The position numbers were made by a program, and so were the translations under genes. Below the pieces are notes generated by a model. The model was given only the letters and a program-made list of their open reading frames with translations, did not search any database and was not told the origin of the DNA. DNA of 63,983 nt, counting the filler, from Basidiobolus ranarum (Eukaryota): assembly GCA_040143965.1 (NCBI GenBank). It is 4 parts of 4 records of this genome, joined end to end, with 100 filler letters (N's around TTAATTAATTAA, not from the genome) between each part and the next. Parts side by side here need not be neighbours in the genome. Positions count along the whole stretch, not along the records: positions 1 to 16,789 come from JASJQH010007206.1; positions 16,890 to 33,627 come from JASJQH010007207.1; 2 more parts are not named here. The stretch is one strand, 5' to 3'. Of the stretch, positions 12,327 through 24,514 are shown in pieces. The stretch's first letter is position 1. Every line of letters begins with the position of its first letter.

Positions 12327-14503
12327 TGTGAGAAAACCAATGTGATGTGGAATATGATGCATCTCATAGGGTTTTGGGATGCTTTTAAATGAAATTTTTC
12401 ATTCTTGCCCTCGGATCTGCTCCGAAATATTTACCCTTACAAGTTTGCTCACGGAAGAGGGCCTGTCCGATTGAAGAAATGATTGGCTAGAATGTTAGGA
12501 GCTATATTTATCTAATAATAGGTAAATGCGGTAATTTTTAATCTCCTTTCCTTTCTATTTAGCCCGATTTCCGGTTCATATTATGTGAAATCTCCAGCGT
12601 AAACCGAGGAAGCGGTTTCCCTTCAAGCACTGTTGCTAGGTGATAAGTGATTCCACTTAAACTTTCCCTATAACTCAATTCCCTTGCTATACTAAAATAT
12701 CACCAATGTTTCACGATCGACTCATGTTACTTAGATAACTACAGTCAACCTCTTTTTAGGCCTGAGCTGGCTGAGACGGCTTAATTATGCGGCTATGATA
12801 TAAGGGTAATAGTTAAGCAGATCGATTATATGTAACTATATATTATTTGGCGTAGTGCAAATTGTGGGTTACGGGCTATCGGTTACAGGTTGTGGGTTGT
12901 GAGTTGAATGTGGCAAGAGGAAACGGCCCGAGGGGTTTTGAGAAAGTTCCTAGATTTTAGAGGATATTCTGATGTAGAATTCTTGGCAATCCGGTCACCC
13001 AAATTCAAGTCACCAGAATCACATTGATTATTAACGAATGGTGAGTAACGAATGGTGAGGAATACATCCGAAAGATCATTAATATCTCATGAGATTATAC
13101 CCATTTCTGTAAGGTATTCTGCTTAGCAAGCATCGAAGCATTGCCTAGAGTCATAGGTTTAAGGTGATTTTTAGCCAGTAACTCGAATCCACTGTCCTTT
13201 CCATTTACGGTTAATAATGAAAGTCAATCGGAAAATCAACTATCCGTCTTTTTACCTACTCACCTATTCCCCTATCCACTTATTCCCGTTACTCCCTTCG
13301 CCCTAATTCAGTCCTTATGGAGATGTGTGGATCAAAGAAGTGGACTGTGTAAGAGAGTTAATATGTTCTCAAAAACGTATTAGAGACGAGTCTCTACGAT
13401 CCAATTCACCCATTATCGTAGAATGGTTTAGCCGATGGATCCATTTTATTAAGGATGAATGATTGGCTGATAGCCATCAAGCTGACCATTCATGATGATA
13501 GGATGTAACAAGTGTGATAACATTCACCCGGGGTAGAGTCGCGTTTTAAGGTTTGTGTTGTAGTGTATTACGACAGGAATGGGAACTGAAAGAAATTGGT
13601 AGATTAAGAGAAATAAAAATAGCAATTGGTCGCAAGCCAATGAATCTAGATGTCGTGTCAGGTGAATAAAGGTAAATCATTAACAAGGTTTGAGAAAGCG
13701 TCATACCCAATTACAGAGAAGTAGATTTTGCTCACATATATATGAATGATACTATATTCGCTTGGAGTTACCTAGGATTACTATTTTGGCTTAGCTGATG
13801 CTCACTTGATGCGAACTGTTGGAATCCAGTTTTTATGGGCTTTGATGGTCTTTCTACGCAGGTACAATACGTGATAATCTTTGTCATATGCTTCATCATG
13901 CAGGGCCTAGACGAGATATAATGATATAATAATATAATGTGGAATAGTTGATTCCTAAATGTGTTGAATCATTATTTTAAAGTGAATTCCATTTGGTGGT
14001 TTGTTTCCCAAGTTTTTTTCAATTCTCTGTTCTTACCAACAGAATGACATGAATCCCCTATTCAATTGCTTAATATCTAAAGATATTAATAGTAGATTTG
14101 ACAATTCGCGACAAACCCTGCATTATCTTAGAATATCATATACTTAGCATACTCTCATTGCTTCAATTACTCCAATGTGTACATTTCTTTATCACTAGAT
14201 CGTTGATTACATCAAGTTCTCTATTTTGAACAACGTCATAGACGAGTTGAAAAGGTTACTTAATTTGCAACCGGTTAACATCCAAAAAGCGGCGATGCTC
14301 TTTATTGGTAACTAAAGAAACAGTAAAAACAAAGAGGAACAAATTCAATGAAACGAAGAATGAAAGAATAAATAAATGGAAATCAAAGAGAAAGTATGCA
14401 AGTCACCTGTAGCTCACAAAAAAAGATTAAGGTTGTATTGGGTGATTTCCGTTCAAAAGATAAAAACAACTCACAAAATGAACAGAAAAGACTACACTCA
14501 ATA

Positions 14504-16614
14504 TTAATTCAATCCTTTTTCGCCTTCAACATCAGGTATGGGCAAGACTTGATTTGAAGCTACAAACCGGGTAGGTTGACTCAAGCAAAGGTTATGGTTG
14601 CTTTCATTAAAGTATGAACTAGACTTGCTTCTTACCGGAGTGGTAGGATAAGGTGAAATTTCAATACGAGATTTACTACGATATCCAAGTGCTGGCCTAA
14701 CCCCACTTTGATTATGCTGCATCATATCATTGGCATTTCTTGAAGTAAGTTGCTGCTGTTCTGAACTACACTGTTGATTTCGGATGTTGCTAATACACTC
14801 TCGTATATATCTAACCTTACTAACTGTTGACTCCTGGACAAGATAAGGGCTGCTCGATCCCGACGGATGAGTGTTGGATTGGGCACAATTAGGCAATGTG
14901 GACAAACACTGGGCCGGATTCGCATGGTATTCAGCCATCAAACAATTATTAATCGGTTTTTTGTTACCGACTGGATCTAAGATAGATGGGGAAAGCATGT
15001 TAACTTGATTAATCGTTGGCTTATCTTGGCATTGAGAGCTCATTTGCCCAGTCGTTCCTTTCCTACTATTACGACAAGGTAGTGTAATATTCAAGGGCAC
15101 GGATGCTCCCGTTTGAGTAGAATCAGTTCGACATTGGACGGGATTGCTGTTGAGACATGAGGTTGTGAGTTCACTGTTGAATTGAGCAGCAGCGCTAGGC
15201 CCCGTGCTAGATGAGTCATTTGTATCTCCACGCGTGGCATTGGCAGCCTTGGCGGCTTGGCTATGATTAATATAATTAATCAACATAGAAGACCAGCGAG
15301 CAAATGCTGGCGGAGGTATGAAAAGACGATAATCGATTAGACGTAAAAATGCTATTTCGTTATGATTGATTTCGGACGAGCTGAGTCCCGTAATTTTCGC
15401 CCAGGCTTTGTTGGAGTAATTCCTATCTTGCAGGAACTTGGATGCAACTATAAGAGAGGCTAAAAACATTCTACGGGCACAATAAACAGGGTCTAAAGAA
15501 CCATAACTACTTTGAGTTTTTCCATTAGTCGATGAAGATGTGTCTTGACTAGCAGTACCATGGTTGATAACTTGCGCAGGAGTCAGTGGTGGAGAAGGGA
15601 ACGGAAATGCCGTCGTAGGCATACCAATTCCATCGCCACCAATATCAAAAACAGAGATAATAGGACTCATAGGGGGTGTGGAAGACAAGCCCATATCTTT
15701 AACTGTTGAAGAGATGCTACCAGCTCGTGGTATCAAATCCTTAACTCTGAAAAGATAAAACAAGGCAGTCTGAAGAGTAGAAAACGAAGTTCTGGATCTT
15801 TGCAACGTCTCACGGATGAAAACTCGTAGCGGAAGAATTTTCGTCTTAGTCGAGGCAGAATGGTTTGACCAGATGGATTCGATTATCATAGCAGCAACAT
15901 CTTGAATTGTTCGGAACAGCGTGGAAGAAGAACCCAAAAATAAAGAAAAACAAAAAATCAGCATCTATTTTAGGAGCTATCATCAAAGTCAATGGCTGGT
16001 GCCTCCGAATATGTGCACGTATTAAATTTTAAGAAAAATAACGGGTAATTTAAAAAATAACTATGAGAAAAGGGTAGCCATGACTTCTAAGCTTGATAGC
16101 AAAGCTTGTTGTGAAATGCCTCCCCAAATATGATGTCTGTCATCTTTAAAAGATAACGGATAAATGAGGAAGGATTGATAAACATAAAAGATAATCCAGC
16201 AATAGGCAAACCGTACAAGGACTACGAAATAATAAGTAAATAGGACTCACCGACAAGAGATTCCACAAAATCGGCTTTGTTGCACTTGACGGAACCCGGG
16301 AGTTGTCCGTTTTGTGCAGGAACACCTGGTTGAGGCTTGTGAAGTTGACGTGAAGGCTTTGGTAAAGGGAGAGTATCTTGAGATGAAAGTGGGGGGTTGT
16401 TGGCTTGAGAGCGAGAATTTACTTGAGTATGTCTCACGTAACCTTGCTCAGCATTGATATTGAACGGTGTGACAGAGTTGTCTTCAAGAGGTATTTTGGC
16501 TGGGTGGATAGAAGGGAGAGAATTTTGTGAGGAAAGAGCGACATCGATATTATGTTGAGGTTCACTCAGAACTCGGCCCTGCAAAATTCTACAATCTTCC
16601 AGAACACTCCACAA
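14504..16614 (-). CDS. Second Clg1/Pcl-type cyclin-like protein; true start uncertain
   Basis: FVESLV|DVAAMIIESIW...LRVFIRETLQRSRTSFSTLQTALFYL...CARRMFLASLIVASKFLQDRNYSNKAWAKITGL. Intron of about 350 bp, ~16250-15901. Confidence 0.82.
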
Positions 16615-16789
16615 GATTCTTATAATATTTGATGATTGATTAAGTTTTGACCAACCAAAACTTGATTTTGCCGGAACATTCCATGACTTTCTGGATTATT
16701 CTAAAACCTTCCAGAACATTCCATGGATTACTAATCTCATGATTTATGACAATATCATAACCCCAGATCCCCACCAATAGAATTTTCTG

Positions 16790-16889
16790 NNNNNNNNNNN
16801 NNNNNNNNNNNNNNNNNNNNNNNNNNNNNNNNNTTAATTAATTAANNNNNNNNNNNNNNNNNNNNNNNNNNNNNNNNNNNNNNNNNNNN
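16790..16889. other. Artificial contig linker N44-TTAATTAATTAA-N44
   Basis: Identical 100-bp spacer with stops in all six frames; occurs three times. Confidence 0.97.
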
Positions 16890-18420
16890 CGCCTCTGCCA
16901 AATCTACCGAGACCCACGACACTGCCAAATCTACCGAGACCCACGACATGGTCAAGTCTACCCGGAGTCAAGACACCACCAAGTCCAACAAGAATAACGG
17001 CACTGCCAGGTCTACTGAGACTCACGACACTTCCAAATCTACCGACACTCGGGATACTCACAATTCTTCCAAATCGGTACAGGTTCACGACACTTTCAAG
17101 TCTATAAACAGGCACCATACTTCTCAGTCAGCTTTCACTCATGTCAATTCCAAGTCCAACGAGACTCACAAAACTGTGAAGTCTGCCGGAACTCATGACA
17201 CCGCCAAGTCTGCTGATATTCACAACACCTCCTGGTCTACTGAGACTTACTACTCTTACCAATCAGCTCACACTGGTGATACTTCCAAGTCTACTGAGAC
17301 TCAACACGGTTCCAACTCTGTACACACTCACAATAACTCCAAGTCTGATGTGACTCAAGCCACTTTTAAGTCGGTTGAGACGCATGATTCTTCCAAATCT
17401 GAAGAGACTCGCAATATTTCAAAGTCTACTGCGACTCACGACATTTCCCAGTCGGCTGAGACGCATACCGCCTTGAAATCAATAGATACTCACCTCGCTC
17501 ACGGGTCGACTGAGGCTTATGGCACTTCCAAATCGACTGAGATTCATAATATTCCCAAATCGACAAAGACTCACGACACTTCTAGGTTCACTGAGACCCA
17601 CAGCACTTCTAAATCTACTGAGACTCATGACACATCCAAGTCTGTAGAGACTTACACCACTTCTAGGATTACTGTGACCCATGACGCATCCAAATCGTCT
17701 GAGACACATGATACTTCCAAATCCGAAGAGACTCGCAACACTTCTAAGTCTACGGAGACTCATGACACTGCCAAGTCGACTGAGACGCATGAAGAATCCA
17801 AGTTGACTGAGACCCACGCCGCTCACGACCCTCGTAGGTCTACGAAGGCTGACGGCTTGCAGAAGTCAACTGAGACTCACAACTCTCGCAAATCTACCAA
17901 GAGAACCGTCTCTTACAAGCCTACGGAGATCCATGACTCCAATAGGTCATCAGTTACTCACGACACCTATATGTCGACAGGGACTAACGACTCTCACATA
18001 TCTACAGAAACTAATAGTCCTCATAAGTCGACAAGGACTTACGCTAACTCAAGAGAGACTCAAGATGTTCTTAAGTCCAAAGTGGCTCATGAATCTGACA
18101 AATCTACCGCGACTCACGCCTCGCACATATCTTCTGAGACTAACGATTCTCCCCAATCTACGGAAACTCACGACTTACAAAAGTCAATAGAGACTAACGA
18201 CTCCCACTTGTCTATGGAGATTCACGACTCTCACAAGTCATCAGAGACTCAAGATAGTCCCAAGTCCACAGTGACTCACGATTCGGAAAAATCTACTGAA
18301 TCTCAAGTCGTTCACCAGTCTACTGAGACTCACGACTCGAACATATCTTCAGAGACTCACAACGTACTAAATTCAACTGAGACTAACGTCTCGCACAGGT
18401 CTACCAATATTGACGATACA
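16890..18420 (+). repeat. 27-bp coding minisatellite (AAATCTACCGAGACCCACGACACTGCC-like)
   Basis: Near-perfect units at the contig edge, more diverged downstream. Confidence 0.85.
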
Positions 18421-19626
18421 CGCAAATCTAGGGAGATTCATTATAAACAAAAATCCACGAAGATGCCCAATTATACTGCTAAAGTGATTCAGTCTGACCA
18501 ACCTGCCATTTCTGCTGTAACAATCAATAGTGTAAAATATGAGACTGTTATTGTCGCCAGTCAACCGGAAAGCTCTCCAACTGTTGCCACCTTTTTCCCC
18601 ACTGGCTATACCACGACTGTCACTATTTTCAATACTAATGAAGCTACAATGACCAACTCTGCCCAGGTTAAAGAAACTACGGCTTCCGAGTCTTTTGTTG
18701 ATGCTATATCCTCTGATACTGGAGGAATTGTTCCGTCAAAAGAATCTTTAGCCACAGCTGTCACTACCGCTATTGTGAATTCTAAGACTGTTACAGTTGA
18801 ACGACAACCTACAATCTCGCCAACTGCTATCACCATCTTCTCCACTGGGAATGTTAAGAATGTCAAGATTGTTACCGTAACTAATACCAATGAGATTACT
18901 GTGACTGATTCTGTAGTTGGTGTTATGCCCACTCACACTGCTGAAGTTACCCAGTCACAAAAACCTTTTATCACTACTTACACCACTAATGCGGTAATAT
19001 ATAAGACTGTTACTGTTGAACAACAGCCTAAAACATTATCAACAGCCGCCACCATCTCCCCCACAGTTTATACCAAGATAATTACTATTTCTAATGCTAA
19101 CGAGGTTAAAACGACTGCAACAGCTTCTGACTCCTTGCGCGAATACAAAACAAGAGTTTCTAACGTCAACGAAGCCACTGTGGCGGAAACAACTTTTGAT
19201 ATTGTATCCGAATATACTGGCAATGTTGTGAGACATGAGACTAGAGTTGTGAAGGAACATCTTGAGAGTGCAGTGACTGATGTTGCTGGAGTACCTACTC
19301 TATATGTCACGACGTTAACCGACACAAATGTTTGCCCCTCTACCACTATTTCGCCTATCACTATTACTCCTTCTCCGGCCACTGTTACGGTTACGTATTA
19401 TCAGACAATAGTTACTACTACTGTCAGCGTTACTTACGTAGATGGTCTTCCTCAACCCACAGAAGCCCTTTGTGAGAACGGCACTTACAAATGTCAGGAT
19501 TCAGGAGTTTCACCTCAATTCACAGTATGTGCCAGTGGTAAGATAGAAACATATCATTGTTCCCCGGGGACTGTATGCATAGCATCCGGAAATACTGTTG
19601 TTTGCGACTGGCCTTCCAAAATCTAG
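16890..19626 (+). CDS. Ser/Thr/His-rich mucin-like repeat protein with a C-terminal CBM19-like Cys domain (5' truncated by the contig end)
   Basis: 9-aa repeats (KSTETHDTS consensus), Thr/Val-rich stalk, C-terminal CENGTYKC...FTVCASG...CSPGTVC...VVCDW. Confidence 0.8.
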
Positions 19627-20938
19627 AGTTAAAGATAGAAATATTGTCAACTAGAGTGACGTCATACTTTCCAAAACACTATTAAAGCAGCAAATTAACA
19701 TAGTTACATCAGTTCGTTTCTTATTCCTTGAATTTGACAATTGAATCATTGTTATGTAAAATAAAATTGAATTGATGGAAATAGAATTGGAATCTTTGTA
19801 AGCCAATGAGTACGCTTTTGATATGTCAAGCTTTGCAACGCGAAGTATGTCCTGAAATATACCAGTAAAGTTCTTGCTGGATACTATGCTCTGCAAGAGT
19901 AAGTTTGTTCTAATTGCTAAATTTGCCGATGCCAGTATAGTATTCTGATCTCGGGAGATAGCTGACAAGTGAGCGCTACAAGCTTGAGCACAGATATTTT
20001 ACAACAACGATTTGTTCGACTGCTATCGTCTTTGATGAACCTCTGTTTCTCTGGCATCATCGGTGTGACAGGAAACTGGTATACGGGAGTAGCAGTCTTG
20101 CGGTTTGACTTGAACATTCGCCTCGTATGTTGTCAACATTTCTTGCAGGATTTACTGGAGTCTGACCCATGTTTAACATAATTTCGAACTGTTAAATATT
20201 AGACTAGCACTTGAATATTCATATATCCTGCTTAGCATATTTAGAGCTTATTTACTGAATATTTCATGTCAAGACTAACAAATATTTTGAATCTATCTCA
20301 GAAATGTCAAGGAAAAAGAAATTTTCAAACTTCTCAGTATCCTTGGTTCCCTTTACTTTTTTCCTTTCATTTCCTACGTAGGTACAAATTCTTAATTCAA
20401 TTCAATAAAGTAATAAGTACAAGTCACGTAATGCTAATAATTATTTTTATCTCATATTGAGTATCAAATGCGACAGTATAGGGCATGATGTGATTAAGCC
20501 TCTTAGTAGTACAAAGTTTTTGATCCAGTATTGGTAGAGACATGAAAGATCAGCAACACTTAACCAGAAGCCTGTGTATGACATAATTAAAACAAAGGAC
20601 ATTGCTGAACTCATTCCCTTTTATTGGTGAGGTTTGTTTCCCAAACAATAATAACATCTTAATTAGTTTACATTCTCAACAACATACTTCTTTTACTTCG
20701 CTGAACATCTTTCAAGTAGTAACACAAATGAGTACTATTTTTTCAGCACTTCATATATCGTTCTTTACTAGTAACTTTGACATGGCACTTCAAATGTTGA
20801 AATATTCAGTGATGCGGTAATTCCAGACATCGAGGTTATTTATTTAATTGTATACAAATGAGCACTTAAATGGCATTCCTGGTCTTTCTATATTCGTACA
20901 TAAACATGTGAAAGGTTGAACTATCTTCAGTTCATTGC

Positions 20939-22189
20939 CTACTTGGCAAACGGACATCCACCTCCGGCAGCACTTCCCGTAACTGGAGGATGCCCTTCAG
21001 GAAGAGCTTGCGTATTCTCCTCTGACGAAGCAGCTTTTTCCTTAGACTGATCGTAGAAAGGGCATTTTCCCTTTACTGGGCAACTCCCTCCCTCGCCTCT
21101 CAAATGATGGGATGGGTCCTCTTTGACCTGATCATAGTAAGGGCACTTACCAGCCAATGGGCACTTGCTATCCTCGTGAGGTTGAACGGAGCCATGGCCG
21201 GTCATATGCTCGGTAAAAGGACATTTTCCTTCACCAGTTACATGACCCTCTTTAACAACATCGTAATAGGGGCATTTGCCCTTCACTGGACATTCCCCGT
21301 GCCCTCCAGTCAAATGATGGGAGGGATCGTTCTTCACTTGATCATAATATGGGCATTTGCCAGCCAATGGACATTTTGATTTGTGCTCCGTCTCTGTCAC
21401 ACTATTTTGCTTCACTTGGTCATAGTAAGGGCACTTACCCTTGACGGGGCACTCTCCATGACCTCCACTTATATGATGAGCGGGGTCATTCTTGACTTGG
21501 TCATAGTATGGGCATTTACCAGCAAGGGGACATTTGCCAGTCTCATGAGCTTCGTGAGTTGCCATTCCTCCCATATGGGCTAGGAAGGGTCATTTCCCTT
21601 CCCCTTTATCGTGACCTTCCTTTACGACATCATAGTAAGGGCACTTACCCTTCACTGGACATTCTCCGTGCTCTCCAATTAAGTGGTGCTTGGGGTCATT
21701 CTTTACTTGATCATAGTAAGGGCATTTTCCAGCAAGAGGACATTTGGAGGAATGAGCAGTATCCATGCCCTCCTTTTGTTTGACCTGATCATAATAAGGG
21801 CATTTTCCTTTAACTGGGCACTCTCCATGTTTTCCGGCCAAGTGATGGGATGGATCATTCTTGACTTGATCGTAATATGGGCATTTACCGGCAAGTGGGC
21901 ATGTACCAGCCTCATGAGCTTCGTGGATATTCATTCCCTGCATGTGATCAAGGAATGGGCATTTTCCTTCTCCTTTGTCATGACCTTCCTTGACGACGTC
22001 ATAGTAAGGGCACTTCCCTTTCACTGGGCATTCTCCATGCCCAGCTGTCAAGTGATGGGCGGGGTCGTTCTTCACTTGATCGTAATAAGGACATTTCCCG
22101 GCAAGAGGGCATTTCGAAGCTTCGTTGGGGTTTTTAGTAGCTTCTGAATGGCTACTGTAAGGGCATTTACCGGCGTTTGAGTTGGACAT
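20939..22189 (-). CDS. Cys-Pro/His-rich repeat protein (putative heme/metal binding), interrupted by an in-frame TGA at 21590-21592
   Basis: ORFs 21590-22189 and 20939-21574 are in the same frame. 12 CPxxGKCP[YF]Y modules; every Cys is followed by Pro (28 CP). C-terminus LPEGHPPV...GGCPFAK. Confidence 0.8.
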
Positions 22190-24514
22190 ATTAAGAGACT
22201 AGGGTGTATTAACGTAAACTTGGAAAAGGCGGATTTCTCTAGATAAACAGAAGGAATATAGTATGGATGTTTGAACTATCGATTGTCAACCTATACACGA
22301 TATTTACGAAATTAAGAATAGAGAGATTTTTCAAACTACCAGAGTGTTGTGTAGAAATGAAATGAGGAGTATCTGAAGTGAGTCCTGGGGAGCACCACTA
22401 TTTAAGAAAATAGAAGATCAGTCAGACATCAATACTAATAGGAGGAAATCTGATACCCTGGCTGGGATAATGAAATGTGCACCAATGATCCTGCTTCGGG
22501 AGTTGTCAAAGGTCAACTGATAGTTTGTATTAGCGAATAAGTATGTGGCAGCCAAATAGCTCATGCTACTTCTCCTATCAAACTGATCTGCTATACCTGA
22601 CAACTGCAATAAAAGCATTTAGGGTTACTCCTGTGTTCTGCATTATCACTGTCGAGACCTACATCCTAAGCGTCTCGCTTGAGTGGTCATTTGCCATTCG
22701 TTTGTGAAAATGTTGCCTTCATTCTTTGAGAATCAAGTCTGAGGATTTGTCCTACGATTACGTCACACAACTACAGGGGACTTGGCTAAGATTGTTTGTA
22801 TAGAAGCAGCCAATAGAAAAAATCGGCGGGGCCCGACGTATATACGTACTGAGTGTCACAGTTCCTGGCTATATATGGGCTTGTCAAGGCCAGATGCATG
22901 TTCTTGCCACATATCCGTAGAAGCTAGGGTTGGGATATTGGGATATTCCTATGTAACCACAACTTCACTTATCCTTGCACCTACTGACACAAATATCACC
23001 GTCTCTCTCTGGCGAGTCGATGGAAATTATCGTTGGAACAGGCTAAACGAAGTAGTATATCAGTCTAATCTCAATACCGTTACACAGAATATAATAGACG
23101 AACATACTAATTCTATCACTTTGCCCCATTTGCTAGACACCCTTCAGTTACCAATACCCAGTCAGAGAAAACCGAATCCGCAGTCCAATAGGCCATACTC
23201 TATTAGACATGCTCAGAATATAAGGTCCTAGGAGACTGTCTTAGAATACCATTAAAGGTTTACGTCCAGAGCTTTGAACGTAAACAGCAAGTGTGTATAC
23301 TAAGAAGATAGGAGCTTGAGGTATAAGCCAACCAATATGCTGATTAGATAGTATATTTGATGTTTCATTGAACACGGAATATGTGTGGCTCATAACTCTG
23401 AATGGTAAAAATAGATGCAAGCGAGTATTTCAAGGTACTGGCAATTCAAGCATGCTTGCATACTGCTAATACATTTCCCGCTGTTAAAATACTGGATCGC
23501 CATTTTGGTTGGTTGACAGAGGGTCCTATTTAACAAAGTCATTACTCTTTCTATTAGATTTCAGCAATATAGTTTAAAAATGTGCTCGCTGTATTCTTCT
23601 AGAGGATTTAACTGGAACATATACTACTCTAAGATGCACACTGGTTGTCCACCTCTCAGGGAAATATGATCGAACTTGGGGCGCTTGACTCCTGATGAAG
23701 CTTATTTTATTAAGCTATTAAAGGTACTGACTATATCCATATGCTATCTAATTTTGAACAACATCGCAGAAGAATATAACGCACTTGGAAATCATAGCTC
23801 AATCATAAGAATATTTAAATACATCTATATGTTGATACTAATAGGCAAACAACACCACATACAACCGCTATTGATTTACGACCGTAGCTTTGGCAGGCAA
23901 AGTAAATATTCAAGTTTATGGATACGTCTCTTTTATTGGAAGCTTTATTTTCAGCTCACGGTTTATATTCGTTCGTGGTTGCTATGGATGCTACAGCTGT
24001 ATGGTGAACGAGGCGTATTCTGATCATAGCCGTAAATGTCAAGTTTAAAAGCGCCACTGCATCATGTGAAATTGATGGGCAAATGGTCTGATGTCAGGGG
24101 ATACAGCCTTCTCGTTAAGAACCTATATACTGTGCTCGATACATAATATATCATAAAGCGAATCAAACAGAAGCTAGTTTTTTAACTAAGCTATCTTGTT
24201 TCTGGCTCAATTGATCATATCCACACATTGTTAAGAGTTGAGTTAACTTAGATCATGTTCAATGAAATCAATTAAAACTGATTATATGCAAATTGAATCA
24301 AGTGTAAATGCGCTACGTGAGTCAATCAATAATCGTATATATATTGTATTCACTTCTTAATAGATTGATCGATCTTTTTACAAATCACTTTGCTAAATTC
24401 TAACACACATGTCATCAACAAACTAATTTGTCTTTAAAATAACCTACATGCTTCCTTCTCATTCTCTTTTTGTTTTTTCCACTTTATCTCACATACATAA
24501 TTTTATACTACACT

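Noticed and set aside
16590-16730. Repeated CCAGAACATTCCATG-like words near the contig end
   Set aside because: Could be a transposon fragment, but there is no second copy, terminus or TSD to support it.
16834-16845. TTAATTAATTAA palindrome (PacI site) recurring at regular spacing
   Set aside because: Embedded in N runs; an assembly linker, not biology.
16890-18420. Regularly spaced repeats suggestive of a CRISPR-like array
   Set aside because: Contiguous in-frame 27-bp coding repeats with no unique spacers, in a eukaryotic context.
20880-20938. ATGA-containing small hairpin 3' of the Cys-Pro gene as a SECIS
   Set aside because: The TGAACT/AGTTCA stem is too short and lacks the AUGA...AA...GA kink-turn geometry by eye.
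21580-21625. Short intron (GTAAAG...CCTAG) that would remove the TGA
   Set aside because: 46 nt would shift the frame, the in-frame 36-nt alternative has a poor donor, and the stretch is homologous to coding repeats. Not excluded without RNA-seq.
24036-24146. HHVKLMGKWSD as a tyrosine-recombinase (Crypton) remnant upstream of the Fanzor
   Set aside because: Only a few residues of resemblance; no other catalytic motifs found.
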